NCBI RefSeq assembly: GCF_002105155.1
Contig: NW_019028991.1
Coordinates: forward strand, 1-64,000
Direction: 5' to 3'
DNA from: Lobosporangium transversale
Taxonomy: Eukaryota
Length of the DNA stretch: 64,000 bases
In this document: piece by piece, positions 20,789-34,470 of the stretch
Position numbering within the stretch: the stretch's first letter is position 1
Layout: every line of letters begins with the position of its first letter
Made by a program: the position numbers and the translations under genes
Notes under the pieces: model-generated
What the model saw: the letters and a program-made list of their open reading frames with translations, nothing else
Told to the model about the DNA's origin: nothing
Database searches by the model: none

Positions 20789-23588
20789 TTACATGATGAT
20801 ACAGGCCTTCTTCTCCTTCTTCTCCTTCTTTTCCTTCTTTTCCTTCTTTTCCTTCTTGCCGTTGGCTGTTACGGCGGCGGAAGCGGCCGTGGGTACTGAT
20901 GCTACTGCTGCAACAACAGGCTCTGTCTTGATCTCCTCAGTAGGCTTCAAGCTTGGGATGACTGTGACCTCTGGAACATCGTTCTTGTTGTCAGTAACAT
21001 CGGGAGTAGAAGATGATGCTTGCTCAGTTGTGGTAACGTCCTCTGCGCTTGTGACAGTCTTTTCCTCCTTCTCCTCAACCTTCCTAACTTCGGCTTCAAT
21101 GCGAGCAACCTCCTCTTCAGCATGACGCAGATCGGCTGCAGCCTGCTTCTCGGCCACGGCCTCCACAGCAGCCTTTTCCTCCGCAGCCTTGGTTTCTGCA
21201 GCCTTACGAGCGGTTTCCTCTTCAGCAATGCATCTCTCCTCAATAGCCTTCTCCTCTGCGGCCTTGGCTTCTTCAGCGATACGCACGGCTTCTTCGGCAG
21301 CTGCCTTCCCTTCTGCGGCTTTTGCCTCTTCTTCAGCAAGACGTTTCTTCTCGGCAGCCGTCTCCTCGGCAGCTTTAGCTTCCGAAGCAATACGTGCGGC
21401 TTCCTCCTCTGCAGCCTTCTTGGTCTCGGCCTCAAGACGAGCTTCCTCAGCCTTACGAATTGCTTCCTCTTCAGCAGCCTTTAATTCAGCAGCCTTATTT
21501 TCAGCAGCACGCTTTTCCTCATCAGCAAGGCGCTTCTCCTCGGCGGCCTTTTCTTCAATAGCCTTACGGGCAGCCTCCTCCTCCGCAGCCTTGCGAGCAG
21601 CTTCTTCCTCTGCAGCCTTATGAGCAGCTTCCTCCTCTGCAGCCTTACGGACAGCTTCTCCCTCTGCAGCCTTCCGGGTAGCTTCTTCCTCAACAGCCTT
21701 GCGAGCAGCTTCTTCTTCAGCGGCCTTGTGAGCAGCCTCCTCAGTGGCTTTGCGAGCAGCTTCCTCCTCTTCAACCTTGCGAGCAGCTTCCTCCTCTTCA
21801 ACCTTGCGAGCGGCCTCTTCAGCAGCCTTACGAGCAGCCTCTTCCTCAGCAGCCTTACGAGCAGCCTCTTCCTCAGCAGCCTTACGGGCAGCCTCTTCCT
21901 CAGCAGTCTTACGAGCTTCCTCCTCAACAGCCTTGCGAGCAGCCTCCTCAACAGCCTTACGAACAGCTTCTTCCTCTGCAGCCTTACGGGCAATCTCCTC
22001 CTCAGCAGCCTTGCGAGCAGCTTCCTCCTCTGCAGCCTTGCGAGCAGCTTCTTCCTCTGCAGCCTTGCGAGCAGCTTCTTCCTCTGCAGCCTTGCGAGCA
22101 GCTTCCTCCTCGGCAGCCTTGCGGGCAGCCTCTTCCTCAGCAGCCTTGCGGGCAGCCTCTTCCTCAGCAGCCTTGCGGGCAGCTTCCTCCTCTGCAGCCT
22201 TACGGGCAATCTCCTCCTCAGCAGCCTTGCGAGCAGCTTCTTCTTCAGCGGCCTTGTGAGCAGCCTCCTCAGCGGGCTTTGCGAGCAGCTTCTTCCTCTG
22301 CAGCCTTGCGAGCAGCTTCCTCCTCAGCAGCCTTGCGAGCAGCTTCCTCCTCAGCAGCCTTGTAAGCAGCTTCCTCCTCAGCAGCCTTACGGGCAATCTC
22401 CTCCTCAGCAGCCTTGCGAGCAGCTTCTTCTTCAGCGGCCTTGTGAGCAGCCTCCTCAGCGGCTTTGCGAGCAGCTTCTTCCTCTGCAACCTTGCGAGCT
22501 TCCTCCTCAGCAGCTTTACGGGCAGCCTCTTCCTCAGCGGCTTTGCGAGCGGCCTCTTCCTCAGCGGCTTTGCGAGCGGCCTCTTCCTCAGCGGCTTTGC
22601 GAGCGGCCTCTTCCTCTGCAGCCTTGCGAGCAGCCTCTTCCTCAGCAGCCTTACGGGCAGCCTCTTCCTCAGCAGCCTTGCGAGCGGCCTCCTCCTCTGC
22701 AGCCTTACGGGCAGCTTCTTCCTCTGCAGCTTTCTCCTCTGCGGCCTTGCGAGCAGCCTCCTCAGCAGCCTTCTTCTCAGCAATGCGCTTCTCTTCCGCA
22801 GTCTTTTCTTCAGCTGCTAAACGGGCCGCTTCCTCCTCAGCAGCCTTCTTGGCAGCAGCAGCCAGAGCCTCAGCCTCCTGATCCTGTTTTTTTTGATCTT
22901 CAACAGTGGGTGCAATGGCGGTCACCTGAGTGATGGCAGTAACATCTGTATCAGCAGCAGGCTTGACTTGCTCGACAGGGACAGTAGCAGTTGGTTCTAT
23001 TGAGCCGATTTGATTTATTTGCGTGAGTAAACAATGGACCAAAAGATTTTGAACACCAAAAAAATTATCCGAACAACATGTGAATTAAAACCAGATGGGG
23101 GTACACGAGATAGAACATGTACATTCCATCCCCTCAAAAAAAGTCCACATGCCACCATGTACAAGTCATGCGCGACAAAACGAAATAACATACAGAACAA
23201 AGGGTCCGTAAAAAGACTAAGGAAAGTTTTTTTTTTTTTTTTTTTTTTTTAAACCGAATCCAATGTCAACTTCGATCATTCATAAATAAATAAAAAAAAC
23301 ACACAGGTACTGAAAATATGAGATTGCAATGGTGGCAATAACAATTTTTTTGCAGCGATCTCTTTCCCAAACTGGAGAGATAAGCATATTACAATGCCTG
23401 TTTGTTTACAAAAGGGAATTGAGGAAGGAGATGCGGAGTTGAAAAATAAGCATTCATAAAGCAAATGCAGATATCTTCCTCCAAACCAGATTATAGAACA
23501 AAGACAAAGAAGACAAAGAAGGAAAAAGTAGCGCCTTTTTTTTTGAAAAGAAAAAAAAAAAAAAAAACATACCAGTGGTATTAGTCAT
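20789..23588 (-). CDS. Charged single-alpha-helix repeat protein (KAAEEEAAR)n with polybasic tail and C-terminal CaaX (CIIM); one apparent +1 frameshift near 22275
   Basis: Micro-exon ATGACTAATACCACTG|gtatgt (23588-23573) splices to 22996, giving MTNTTEPTATVP. ORFs 22269-23042 and 20789-22783 join across an extra G at 22274-22276. The protein ends [22 protein letters not shown]. Confidence 0.75.
21560..22770. repeat. Coding minisatellite, ~27-bp unit (GCAGCCTTGCGAGCAGCTTCCTCCTCT-like)
   Basis: Dozens of tandem near-identical 24-27 bp units. Confidence 0.95.
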
Positions 23589-24153
23589 TATGTGAGAGAT
23601 GTAAGATGATTAAGAGAATAAAAGAAGTAAATAAACGAGCGCAGAAGATATTAGAGTATGTTTATAGGACAAACGTTAAAGAGTCAGTCGTAACAACTAC
23701 AAAAAATATTGATAAGAGGTATAAAAAGAAAAGAAAGGAAAGGAAATAAAAATTGGATAGTAGATTTGATTGAGTGGTAATGGTAAGAGATGAGGATGAG
23801 GGATGTAAGAATGATGAAGAAAAGTAAAAAGGGAAGAGAGAAGCTCAGAGGTTCGCACGAGTTTTTATTTTCATTGAGAGCAAAAAAAAAAAAATTCTGA
23901 CCCAGTACAGCCAGTACAAGAGTACAACAAATACAAACAGTACAAAATGAGTTTTTCTGCTCTTCAGTGTTACAGTTGTTGCTGAAGGAACTGCATTTCA
24001 ATTTGACTTTGTGTAAATAAATAAATTAGTTCTTGGAATTGAGGAAACTGGGGTGTTTACTTTCACTCTTGCTACATCTTGCTATTACTATTCAAATAAA
24101 AAAAAAAATTGCTCAGCAGCCATGTTATAAACATAGATGCAAATATATTTATA

Positions 24154-24205
<52 letters not shown>

Positions 24206-25547
24206 CTGTCTTCGATTGCTCATCAACTTTTTTTAAATTTTTCCCTTTGATCGTTGAGGACATATATATATATATATTACTCTACTGATAAATATACTTT
24301 AACTCACAAGAGTTTGTTGCATGAGTGAAAACAAAAAGTAAGGGACGAGAGCTGATAAAGCGTCAGCCATTGATCGAGAGGACTTGGATGAATGAATGTG
24401 AAGAAAAAAAAAAAAAAAAAAAAAGATAGTGAGAGCAAAACGTGCCGAGAGAGCATTCCTTTCTTTTGTGATCTCTTTGTGAGCACGCTTTTAATGTGGC
24501 AGTGGTCTTGAACGACTTTACACATGAGGATTAAAAAAAAAGTAAAGGTGAAGGATAAGGACTCAAGAGGCAACAAGTCTTTTTTTTTTATTTTTTTATT
24601 ATTTTGTTTTATTTTTTATTTTAATTTTAATAGTTCAAAGATATAAAGTAGGAAGCAAAACGACTCGTACCATAGTTCATGTATTCTTGTGTTTAAAAAT
24701 ATGGATGCATGTCTTTATTTTGTTGCATGGCCAAAAGATAAAAATGTCTAGTGATGGGAAGGGGGAGGGGAATAGAAGACATTATTGGTATCCTGGGTCA
24801 GTGACCCTGACTGAACCATGTCCTCTCCCTTTCCCCTTCCCCCTTCCACTCTATACGTGAGAAGGAAGTATTCAGAGGGAACATTGGAAACATTTCCACT
24901 CTTTGCCTCATCAAATTCATCTTCATGTTCATATTATACTTTTTTTTTTTTTTCTGCAAAGGCGAGTTGTTCTTTTGAGGTGTCACCAATGTTTGTTACT
25001 TGCTTAAAACATTCACGAAGATCAAACTTCTTTTTTGTGTGCGTGTGCATGTGGCCACATGTGAGTTTGAAATCCATTGGGTATTGAGTGTAACTGTTCA
25101 AAGAAATGACAAGCCAACCAAACAACAAATAAAACAAATTAGACAAATTTCTAGGAGTCACCGACAGAGTGAAAGCCAATCATTTCAACAATTTTGCTTA
25201 GACCAGCCAGCCTTACCAACAGGTAGTCTGTTACAATTACATATATATAATATATATATATAATAAATATTATATTTTATCTAAATGTAAAATGGTAAAC
25301 CAAAAAGCCAATAAATCATACCCTACATACAATCCTTGGCTTTGAATCTGAAACACAGTTGGGTATGTTGTTTAGGCAAGACTATTCGTTCATATTTGAA
25401 GCATTCAGGTGGCTGAACAGTCAACAGGAAGTAGGGAAGGGCCAAGTAAAATCGGGAATGCAATTTCAGGAAATTGATAGAGCTTTATTTCACACTTTGA
25501 CACCTTGTGGTTTTATATGTATTAGTATATTTGTATCAGATACATAG

Positions 25548-26876
25548 TTACACAGGTGGCACAGGTAAAGACTTGACAACACATCCCTCTCGTCCACCAT
25601 CCACAAATACTGCGAATCGCTTCACACCCCCAAGTCCCGCATCATTTGATCCCGATGATCCCGATCCTGTTGTTGCAGCGCCCGTAGACACCAACGCGTA
25701 AGCAAACCGACCCACTAAATCTGTGTACCCATCCTTCCAGAACACGGCTTCACCACCTTGTTTCATCTCTGCATACACCTTCACATAGCTTCCTCGGATC
25801 GGACGGTTATCGGTCTTGCAGACAACCCTCATCATACCCATACGCTCCACGCACTGCACCGCAATCGTTTGTGAGTAATATGCCTTCCAAGTACGCGTAG
25901 CCAAAGGTGGGCTCGTTGTCAAAGAGATCATCACGTTCGAATTCAAATACTGAGGCAAAAGCGGAACTACAAAGATTCCATCGCTGCCAACTGCTCGTTG
26001 CACAACATGCTTATCCGTACCATTGGGTTTCACGAGACGGTAGCTGTTGCTCGAATCGTCTTGCTTATTATTCTTCTTGTACCAATTCTGGTCACTGTTC
26101 GAATCCGATGATATCGACTCAGTTTCTCCTTGATCACTCAGAGTAAGAGGTGAAGCCGAGAACATGGTCTCTGCATCGATCGAGTAATATTCAACAGTGA
26201 TTTCTCGCACACCACGATGACGAACAGTCAGCATGTTTCTGTCCCCAATCTTAAAGTCCACCATTACGGGTTCTTCAGTATTGTCATCCTCTTCCCCTTC
26301 GTCTCCATTAAAAGTATCCTTCGACTGTTGATGATCCCCGCCAGCGCCTGTAGCAGTAGCGACAGCTTTTACAGCTGCTACAACAGTTGATGATGTCGAG
26401 GTGGACTGGCCTTCCTTGGAAGCAGTAGAAGAGGAGGATATCTCGTTTTCAGCCATCGATTGTATAACCTCATCAACATACAACTGCATGTCTTTGAACA
26501 GCTTGTTCCAGCGCTCTACAGGATAGTCTCGGTATTTGGTTAGCAATTTCTGGACTCCCGATAAATCTAGCCCCAGATCTGAGGCTACAGAGCCAACCTG
26601 AACCTCCACACACAGGCTCAAGTATGCCCAGAGGTAGTCATACTGGAGCTGTTGTAAGCTATTTCCTTGACTACCTCTGTTTTTCATAAGGTCGGATAAC
26701 TCTTGGAACTTGTCCTTGGCCTCTACGATTCGGTCCTGCGCCAAGAGGTAGACAATCAATACTAGCAAATCGCTAATGTCATGATGAGGCTTTTGGCTTA
26801 ACATTCTCAAGAACCGCGCATATTGATCTCTGAATCGATCATTCAAAATGGCAGCGGTACGTGTAGCTTTATGGGC

Positions 26877-26907
<31 letters not shown>

Positions 26908-26956
26908 AATGTATATATAAGTTGACTCGATCTACTCCATATTCAATCGAATACAC

Positions 26957-27001
<45 letters not shown>

Positions 27002-30000
27002 TAAAATAAAAAAAAAAAAAATAAAAAAAAATTAAATAAATGGATAGGAGGAAACTAACCTCTCGAGTTGATTAAAGGGAAGTATTCCAGATATTTAAGC
27101 GAGGTATCCCATGGACCCTCTAGCCTTGAGCGGGCTGTTCGGACAAATACGCTTGATTGAAACCAATCTCCAGTGTTAATAGTAGACGGTGGTAGATTCA
27201 TTAGATATTCCTTGACTAATTCCTGATCCTGGCCTGTCAAAGCGACGCTCCAGATCGCTTCATTATACTCTTGTCGCAAACGCAGTGCTGATGTCACTTG
27301 CTGCAAGAACTTCCTATCCTTATATAGCCGAGGTAACAGCTGATCGGTCGGCAAATTATCCAATGGGCTGGTTTTTAGTTTATTCAAGATGTCGTCTTTG
27401 CTACCATGCTTGAGGACATAGTTCCACGTTCTAGTGTCTGTCGCTTCCTTGTGGCCAGGCTCTGGGGCCCTGACTTTAAGAGTTGCAGGGGTTGCGTACG
27501 CGATCACATCCTCATAATTCGATACGTGTGCTGGATAGTGGGGGAAGTCGCCTTCTTCAGGGAAGTAGAATCCATACTCGTACTGGAATGTTCCATGGGG
27601 CTCAAGCTCGATGTCCTGTCCTGACTCCAGGCTATGATAGAGCGAGATTGACCCATGAGGAAGCTGGACTTCCAAATGTACTTTCATCGGATTAGGAGTA
27701 GCATCTAAGGAAAAGAGATGAAAAAAAAAAAAAAAAAAAAGTTAAGTATTCATATCATTGAGGCACCAACATATTTACGTAGACCATTCTATTATATTTC
27801 AACTTACTCATCAAGACAACATGGGCGCCATAAGATTCGAGTGGCCTGAATTCGGTACCTGGTTGGATGTATCGACGTACATAATCCCTCATAACTTCGT
27901 CGTATGTGGCCTTTTCAGTCTGCTCAAAGTACTGTTGGGTCACCAGGACTGATCCCGTCACAGGTGGTTCTACCAGCTCCTAATAGAGATATATAAAAAA
28001 ATAAAGAATAACGGATGGCCATGATAAATGATTCGTAAAGCTTTAAATCACGTGGAATCAAATTTTTCAGTCGCATAAAAAAAAAAGAAAAGAAAAAGAC
28101 GGTACCTTAGTAGAAGAATGGAAAATGATGGCAGGCGACTCCGATGAGATAACTAAGTTATGGCTCGCGGAGCGTGTTAACAATGTATTCTTTGGACGGA
28201 ATGCTACATCCAGTAGAGCAATTGTACCCATTGCATCTGTAAATGATCCAGCGTTCGCTACGAAGTTCTGTTATTCAGTATTGCAGCGAAGAAAAAAAAT
28301 AAAATTCAATAATCGTGGGTCAATGAGAATGCTTTCCTCGCTCTAGTTTTTTCTTTTACCTGAGACAGGAACGGTCCACCTTTAAATTCATCCCATTGGG
28401 ATAAATCCCACCAGAACTGGTTCGGCTCATATTCACTGTCGCTGTTTATGAAATCCTGTCTACCATAGTAATATGTCTCTGCCATTTCTTTGGTGAGGTC
28501 CACAGGCTTAAACCGACTGTTCAAGATCCTCTCCGCTTGGGATCGATCTCTGTCACCGGAAGCTGACACTCTTGCCATTCTGGCCATAGGGGCGGGAGGG
28601 GGAGGAGGAGGAGGAGAACTAGCATTGTAGGTAGCACATATAGCTCTGCTTGGGGTTTCATCAATAAGAGCAAAGCCCATATCTTCATCGCTTTCCTCAT
28701 CATCCTCATCATTACTAAATTAAATAAAAAAAATAAAATAAAAAAAAAAAAAGGATTCTTAATAAGTGAATTAAAGACGGTTTGAACAATCGATGAAAAG
28801 GTACTTACACGGGATCCGTAGGGGAATAGTTGGGCGACGAGGGTGAGTATCCCAAATCAGCACTAGCATCCGATGCTTTTAAGCTACCAGATTTCATAAC
28901 TGTCAAGAAAAGTTTGACATTGCTTGCCCCACGTCTGTGCTTCATCCTATCATTGAGCCACTGAGCCACCGCGGGTTTTAAGCTAGGGATGCGCTGAGCT
29001 AGGAGGCACTTTTCCATGCATGTCAGCACCCTGAATTCGTGAAGGGCCGTGTACTTTTCAAGTGGGGCGTCAATTAAGTAATCATCCATGAACGACTTCA
29101 GCAGTTTGTTCTAAAAGCAAGCATCAATTAATTGATTTAGGTGAACTTGATGACTTTTTTTTGATGTCAACAAAACACGACTCTGAAAAAACACAAGGGC
29201 TCCTCGGAAAAGTACTATAACATACCTTCAAATACGGTGCAACAACTGTGTTGAAGAACTGTCTATCTTTCCTGAAGAGAAACAAGTTGAGTTCATGGCA
29301 GTTCCATTTTGAAAACTTTTCTTTCTTGGCCTCATTTGAAAGACGATTCCAATCTGTGATAAATCCAAACTTGCTTAATGTCCGCTTATGGTCTTCTGTA
29401 GCAAGTAGGGTCATCATCAAGTCGTAGACCTGACTCACCGAGTTGATCACTCGAACATTAGATGACGAGCTGCTGTTTGATGTTAGTGTCACAGATGCGA
29501 CCGAGTATGATGGCTCACCATCAGTAGCCGATAGGGCCTGAGGTTCCAGATTAATCCCAATTCTATCTCCAATATAATGCTTTGTATGGTCCATCTGACT
29601 CTTGAACCGGAGGTCACGCTTCTGGAATCCCTCCTTGTCCGAAGTACCGTTTGCTTGGCGTGGAATCATAAACGATCGTTGAGTAGCCTGATAGCCATCC
29701 GAAGCGAAAATTTGAAGGAATGTTCCTTCTTTCAAAGCCGAGCAAGGGACACTAACAGTACCCGTAGAACCATCGGGGATCAAGTTAGCCAAGGCGACAC
29801 TTGGATGCGCCAAGAAGTTGAGTAGTGGACTCAAGCGTTCATGTCCTCGTCCACTTTCCTTGAACAGCATGCGGGCATTTGCAAGATCTGCACCACAAGC
29901 TCGAAGGCACGATGCGTTCGCTCCCATTGCTCTCTGTGTAATGGTTTCAGTAAGATCGTCACCCCGCATCACCTGCTTGGACATAGTAGTGTCGGCGATA

Positions 30001-32446
30001 CTCTGCGGTTATACCAAAAATAAAAAAAAAATAAAAAAAAAAAAAAAAAAAAAAAAGAAAACTATCAGTCTATCTCATCTTAAAATGTCTGACTGTTGTT
30101 AGTCAATTTGACTTACTCTAGGCGTGAGCAAGACACTAGGCTTTGTGAGCAGGTTCCCTGCCCAATGCGTTGACTGTGCTTTTCGGTTCAAAATGTATTG
30201 GTATTCTTCACCCAAGACACGGCCGGTCTTAAACGAGGTTGGTGAAAGCTCTGTTTTTGTGGATTTCCAAAGCGCTTCGTAATTCGTCGCCTTGATTTCA
30301 TCAAATACAGATGTTTCGTAAGGTACGAATTTGGAAGCAATTACGATGACTCTTGTCTCAGGGTTCCAGTTATAAAGTTGGATATCAACCGTCCGGCTCT
30401 CGGTATCAAGCATGGGCTCAGTAAGATACAGCGGGTGCTTGGAAGTCTCATGAACTTCCAACATTGGATTGGACTCAACGATATATTCTCCCAGTCCTTG
30501 GATTTTGGACGCTGAAGAGCTGGTGCGAGTGACTGCAAGCTGGCAGGTCACCTCGTCTCCGATTCGGAATCCGTAATGCCCTGCCTTCAACCCTCTAATC
30601 GTTAATAAGCCATTCGACAGCCGGATATGGTTAGTGTAGTCGTCCAACACACAAACGGGGCCATGATCCGGGTCTCCATTGACCGAGAAGAGGGCAATCT
30701 TGCGGATTGTACCCATATCCTGTCGCCCTAAAGGCAAGCAGATGGGCTCTCCCTCAACACTGTGGACCTTGGGGGGATATGTGTATTTTTCACGGCCGCA
30801 GATCTGCCATTTCATTCTAGAGGTCAGGCAGACAAGTTGTTCAATGTCATTTAAGTGCCCCAAATGGACCTGGCCGTTGTCATCTGTTCGTAAGCAGAAT
30901 ATGAGTCGCTCATGTTGGAGAGGATGCTCGACTTCAAGTTCTAGTGGGATACATGGCCGCTTCTCGCCATTCTTGCCAAGAGCAAGGACATTGTATCCAT
31001 CGGACTGTTTTTGAAGCAGCGTGACAAACTCGCCTGGGACTTGTACATTCACCCAACCATACTTCTCTCCAAGGTTCACCTTTTCATCCGAGCATGGACT
31101 TTAAAAATAAAATAAAAATAAAATAAATAAGTACTAGCGTATCATTATCATTAATGAGAGAAAAAAACCATTCCTATCCTCTTATTTTACCTGCCAAATG
31201 AGAAACTGCGAGACGCATTAAGGTCTTGAAACTCTCCTTTCGAGATGACCTTGACCTTGCCTGAGAGTGTCACGGTCAGCTTTGACAGGTTTTCTGGAAC
31301 CTGGAAATTGTACTCTGTCCAGTCTAGGTCATGGACTTTAAAATCTGGGACTGTTGTGGTCGATCGGATACTGTTCGTATCGTTGGCTTCGATTGATAGT
31401 TGTACTTGCTCAAGGAGCCTAATAGGGCAGATTGTAATGGTACTTCCTTGAATCTGGACAGTGGGTTTCACCAGAATCTGCATTGAACATCAAGGTATTA
31501 GAGAGTAGGTGAGTAATCCGCCCATATCCGCGGGTGGTCTACGAATGCACAGCATATCCGATGCACAGGCTCAATAAATTACCTTAGCTGTTGACCCAGC
31601 AATAAAAGATTCATGGTCGATATGGCATGCAAGCTTGAGAACATAATCCTCAATTCTATGGTAGAACTCACGGCGAGTCGTGAAACCGTTGTGAATGAGA
31701 TAGATATATGGATCTGAGCCCGCTGACGATGGATTCCTGTAAGGAATGATAATGTCACCATCTCTATTTGGCTATGAAATAAGCAAGAAAAATGAAGCAT
31801 TAAGTATCATCGGTCATGCCAGATTATTTTAAACAGAGTTTTGAGTTGTATACCTTGTAATAATAGCCGCTCAGCCACACGGAGCATTTCTCGGAGAGTT
31901 TTTTCTGGTTTTCATCAATGATGGTCAAGACATGCCCTGCAATACTTTGTCTCTCGATAAAATCAAGGCAGCCCTATCACAATAACATTAATTAGGTTTT
32001 TTGGAGCTCATCTTTGTAATTTCTGTCATACGAGAATAAAGTGTGTAACCTTAAAAAATTACCTTTGTAAAATAAGCAGAACTGTTCTCGCCGTTACTGA
32101 TCACATCCATGACAAACGCGCCTCGCCTGTTGGCTAGTTCTGGAAGTTCGACCTTGAGCTCGTGCATTTCGATCGCTGGGCGGTCCAGAGTTATATTGTG
32201 TTCCCAGTTGGGCGTCAGGCCATCTAAATTTAATTTTTGGCCCATGGTGGAATCACCATGTTGCTGTAGATACTCAAATGTTTTGACTTCAAAGACACGG
32301 ATAAGGATCCGCTTCGCGTTTTTGACCCTCAGCTTGAAGATCACAGGATCTGATGGCAGAAATTTTGAGGGATTGTCCGGTGAAAACTTGAGACTGGTCT
32401 TTTCTGTAAGCTCTGATAAACTTTCATTTTTTGCAAGTAATCCAGA

Positions 32447-32484
<38 letters not shown>

Positions 32485-34086
32485 CGCATACAAGGAATCA
32501 AAGAAAAAAGGTCCATAAGAAAAAAAAAAAAAAAAAAAAAAAAAAAGGAAAAAAAAGAAAAGTACCAGACGTACCACTTTGTAACATCCTTGTCTCCAGA
32601 GGTCAGCATGACGCGTGCTAAGAGAGGATCCAGAAATGCCGTCTCGAAATACTGTTTAAACTCATCTGAGGATTTGGCCTCAAGCATGAAATAAGAAAGA
32701 TGTTCTTTCACGACCTCACTATCACGCTCGGGCGATGCGGGACTAATCCTCTAAGGTTTTAATATAATGCGTTGTTACAAAAGCTTATTAAATAAAATAC
32801 CGTAAAGCAAGGAAAAGCGATGCCTGGAAGCAATCATTTACCATTGACCAATGAGCTAGGCCTTTACCCAACTCCACGTAATCGCCTTTTTCAACGTCTG
32901 TTCGTTTCTTTGCACGGTAGCTGGTTAGGTTCCGTGGGATTTCAACATATCTACGTTTTAAACAAAGTCAACAAACATAGCCATGAGGATTATTTTGGTG
33001 TGTACAAATCCTTTGTATTACGGAAGCGTAAATAAAAGCCCACCTTAAAAACATTGCCTTGTCCATGATGCCTTTGGCGAGACCACGTTCCAGACTCAAT
33101 AGGTAAACCGCTAACTTGTGTCGGTTGAACTTTGGTGACAACTCTTCTACAAACGCTAGCATCCTCTTTAACCAATCCTCATAGGCCCTTTCTTTATTCT
33201 CTGGAAACAGCTCAGGTATGATCCTCTGTTCCATCATTCCAACAAAGCCTTCATCGTCCATTACCCGTGGCTGTTCTTTCTTGATTGCCTCCAACTGAGC
33301 CCTTGTTAGGGACTCGAGCTTAGAGCCGTATGGGCTAGAGAACGAGAATTTGTTGTGCTGATATAGTCTCAAAACTATCTGCACCACTACTCTGTCAAAC
33401 TGACTTGTATCAGCTCTTCCAATGATTTCAAGACTCTTTGGCGAATACTTGATGTCAAGCTCATAGAACAGCTGCTTAAGCTGGTCTAAGTTCATCCGCT
33501 CCAGGATGGTCTCCATCCTTGGCTGTGCAATCAAATATGGCCACGTATCTGATCGAACATTTAATGGATAGGATTTAAATTCTTGAATCCGGTCCAGTAA
33601 CTTTTCGACCAATAGCTCAGTCTTCACCATCTTCTGGTCGAGGGCTGTAGGCAAATCATTGAGGCCGAGTGAAGGAGATTCAATCTCAGTTACTGCGCTT
33701 TCGGCAGCAGTAGTAACATCAGCATCTTGCTCTGGAAGTGACTCTTGATTGGAGTTAATGGTAGCTAAACTAGGGTCATGGTCTAGTCGTTTCAATAAGA
33801 TATCAGGCTTGACCGGAAACGCAAGCAATGCAATTTGTGTCTCCAGTTGCTTTAACTGCTCGATGTCCTTGACTACATTCGAACTCTCAGCCTCTTTGAT
33901 CAAAGCTGTAGCTTCATCAATGACTTGAGCCGTGGCTGGTTCTTCGCCAGATTGGAGCTGTTGCGAGAGATATCGAAGGCGGTAGAGATAATACTCCTCC
34001 GTACCCGTTGTCAAAGATTTGACCAGGTCGACGCGCGCTTCGGGCTTGAGAGCATAGTCTTCTTGAAACTGAGTGAGTATCGACAT
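25548..34086 (-). CDS. Very large multi-exon uncharacterised protein (roughly 2000+ aa)
   Basis: Chain of collinear minus-strand exons with GT/AG boundaries, from MSILTQFQEDYAL...GTEEYY through GEEYQYILNRK...GNLLTKPSVLL, KFSKWNCHELNLFLFRKD, YGFYFPEEGDFPHYPAHVS, YLEYFPLINSR to FWKDGYTDLVGRFAY...KRFAVFVDGGREGCVVK. Confidence 0.8.
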
Positions 34087-34470
34087 TAATACAGTGCAAA
34101 AATCAGGATGAGGTGGGGCCTAATAAAGATATATAGGGATTATTTTCACCGGTCAGGTGAAATGAAGCGATATAGGAGGTGTGTGGGAATAAATTTTTCC
34201 ACACCTTAAAAAAAAAAAATCGAAATTGAGACAGAGCTTGAATAATGCACGAAATGTGTTACTGAAAATAGAATATCGATGATGAGGTAAGGAACGAAAA
34301 AAAAAAAAAAAAAAAAAAAAATCGCGTTTCGTGGGGATCGCGGTCATTATATACTTGAATGCAACTTGGTGACGTCTTTTTTTATTTATTTATTTGCGCT
34401 GCGCCATTTCATTTACTGTTGTTACTCTTATTATTAAGGTACGTGTATATTACAAAAGGACATTCACCGC

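Noticed and set aside
20793..22933. Long alternative-frame ORFs ([25 protein letters not shown] repeats) and a CRISPR-like appearance
   Set aside because: These are shadows of a stop-free 27-bp coding minisatellite; there are no unique spacers and the context is eukaryotic.
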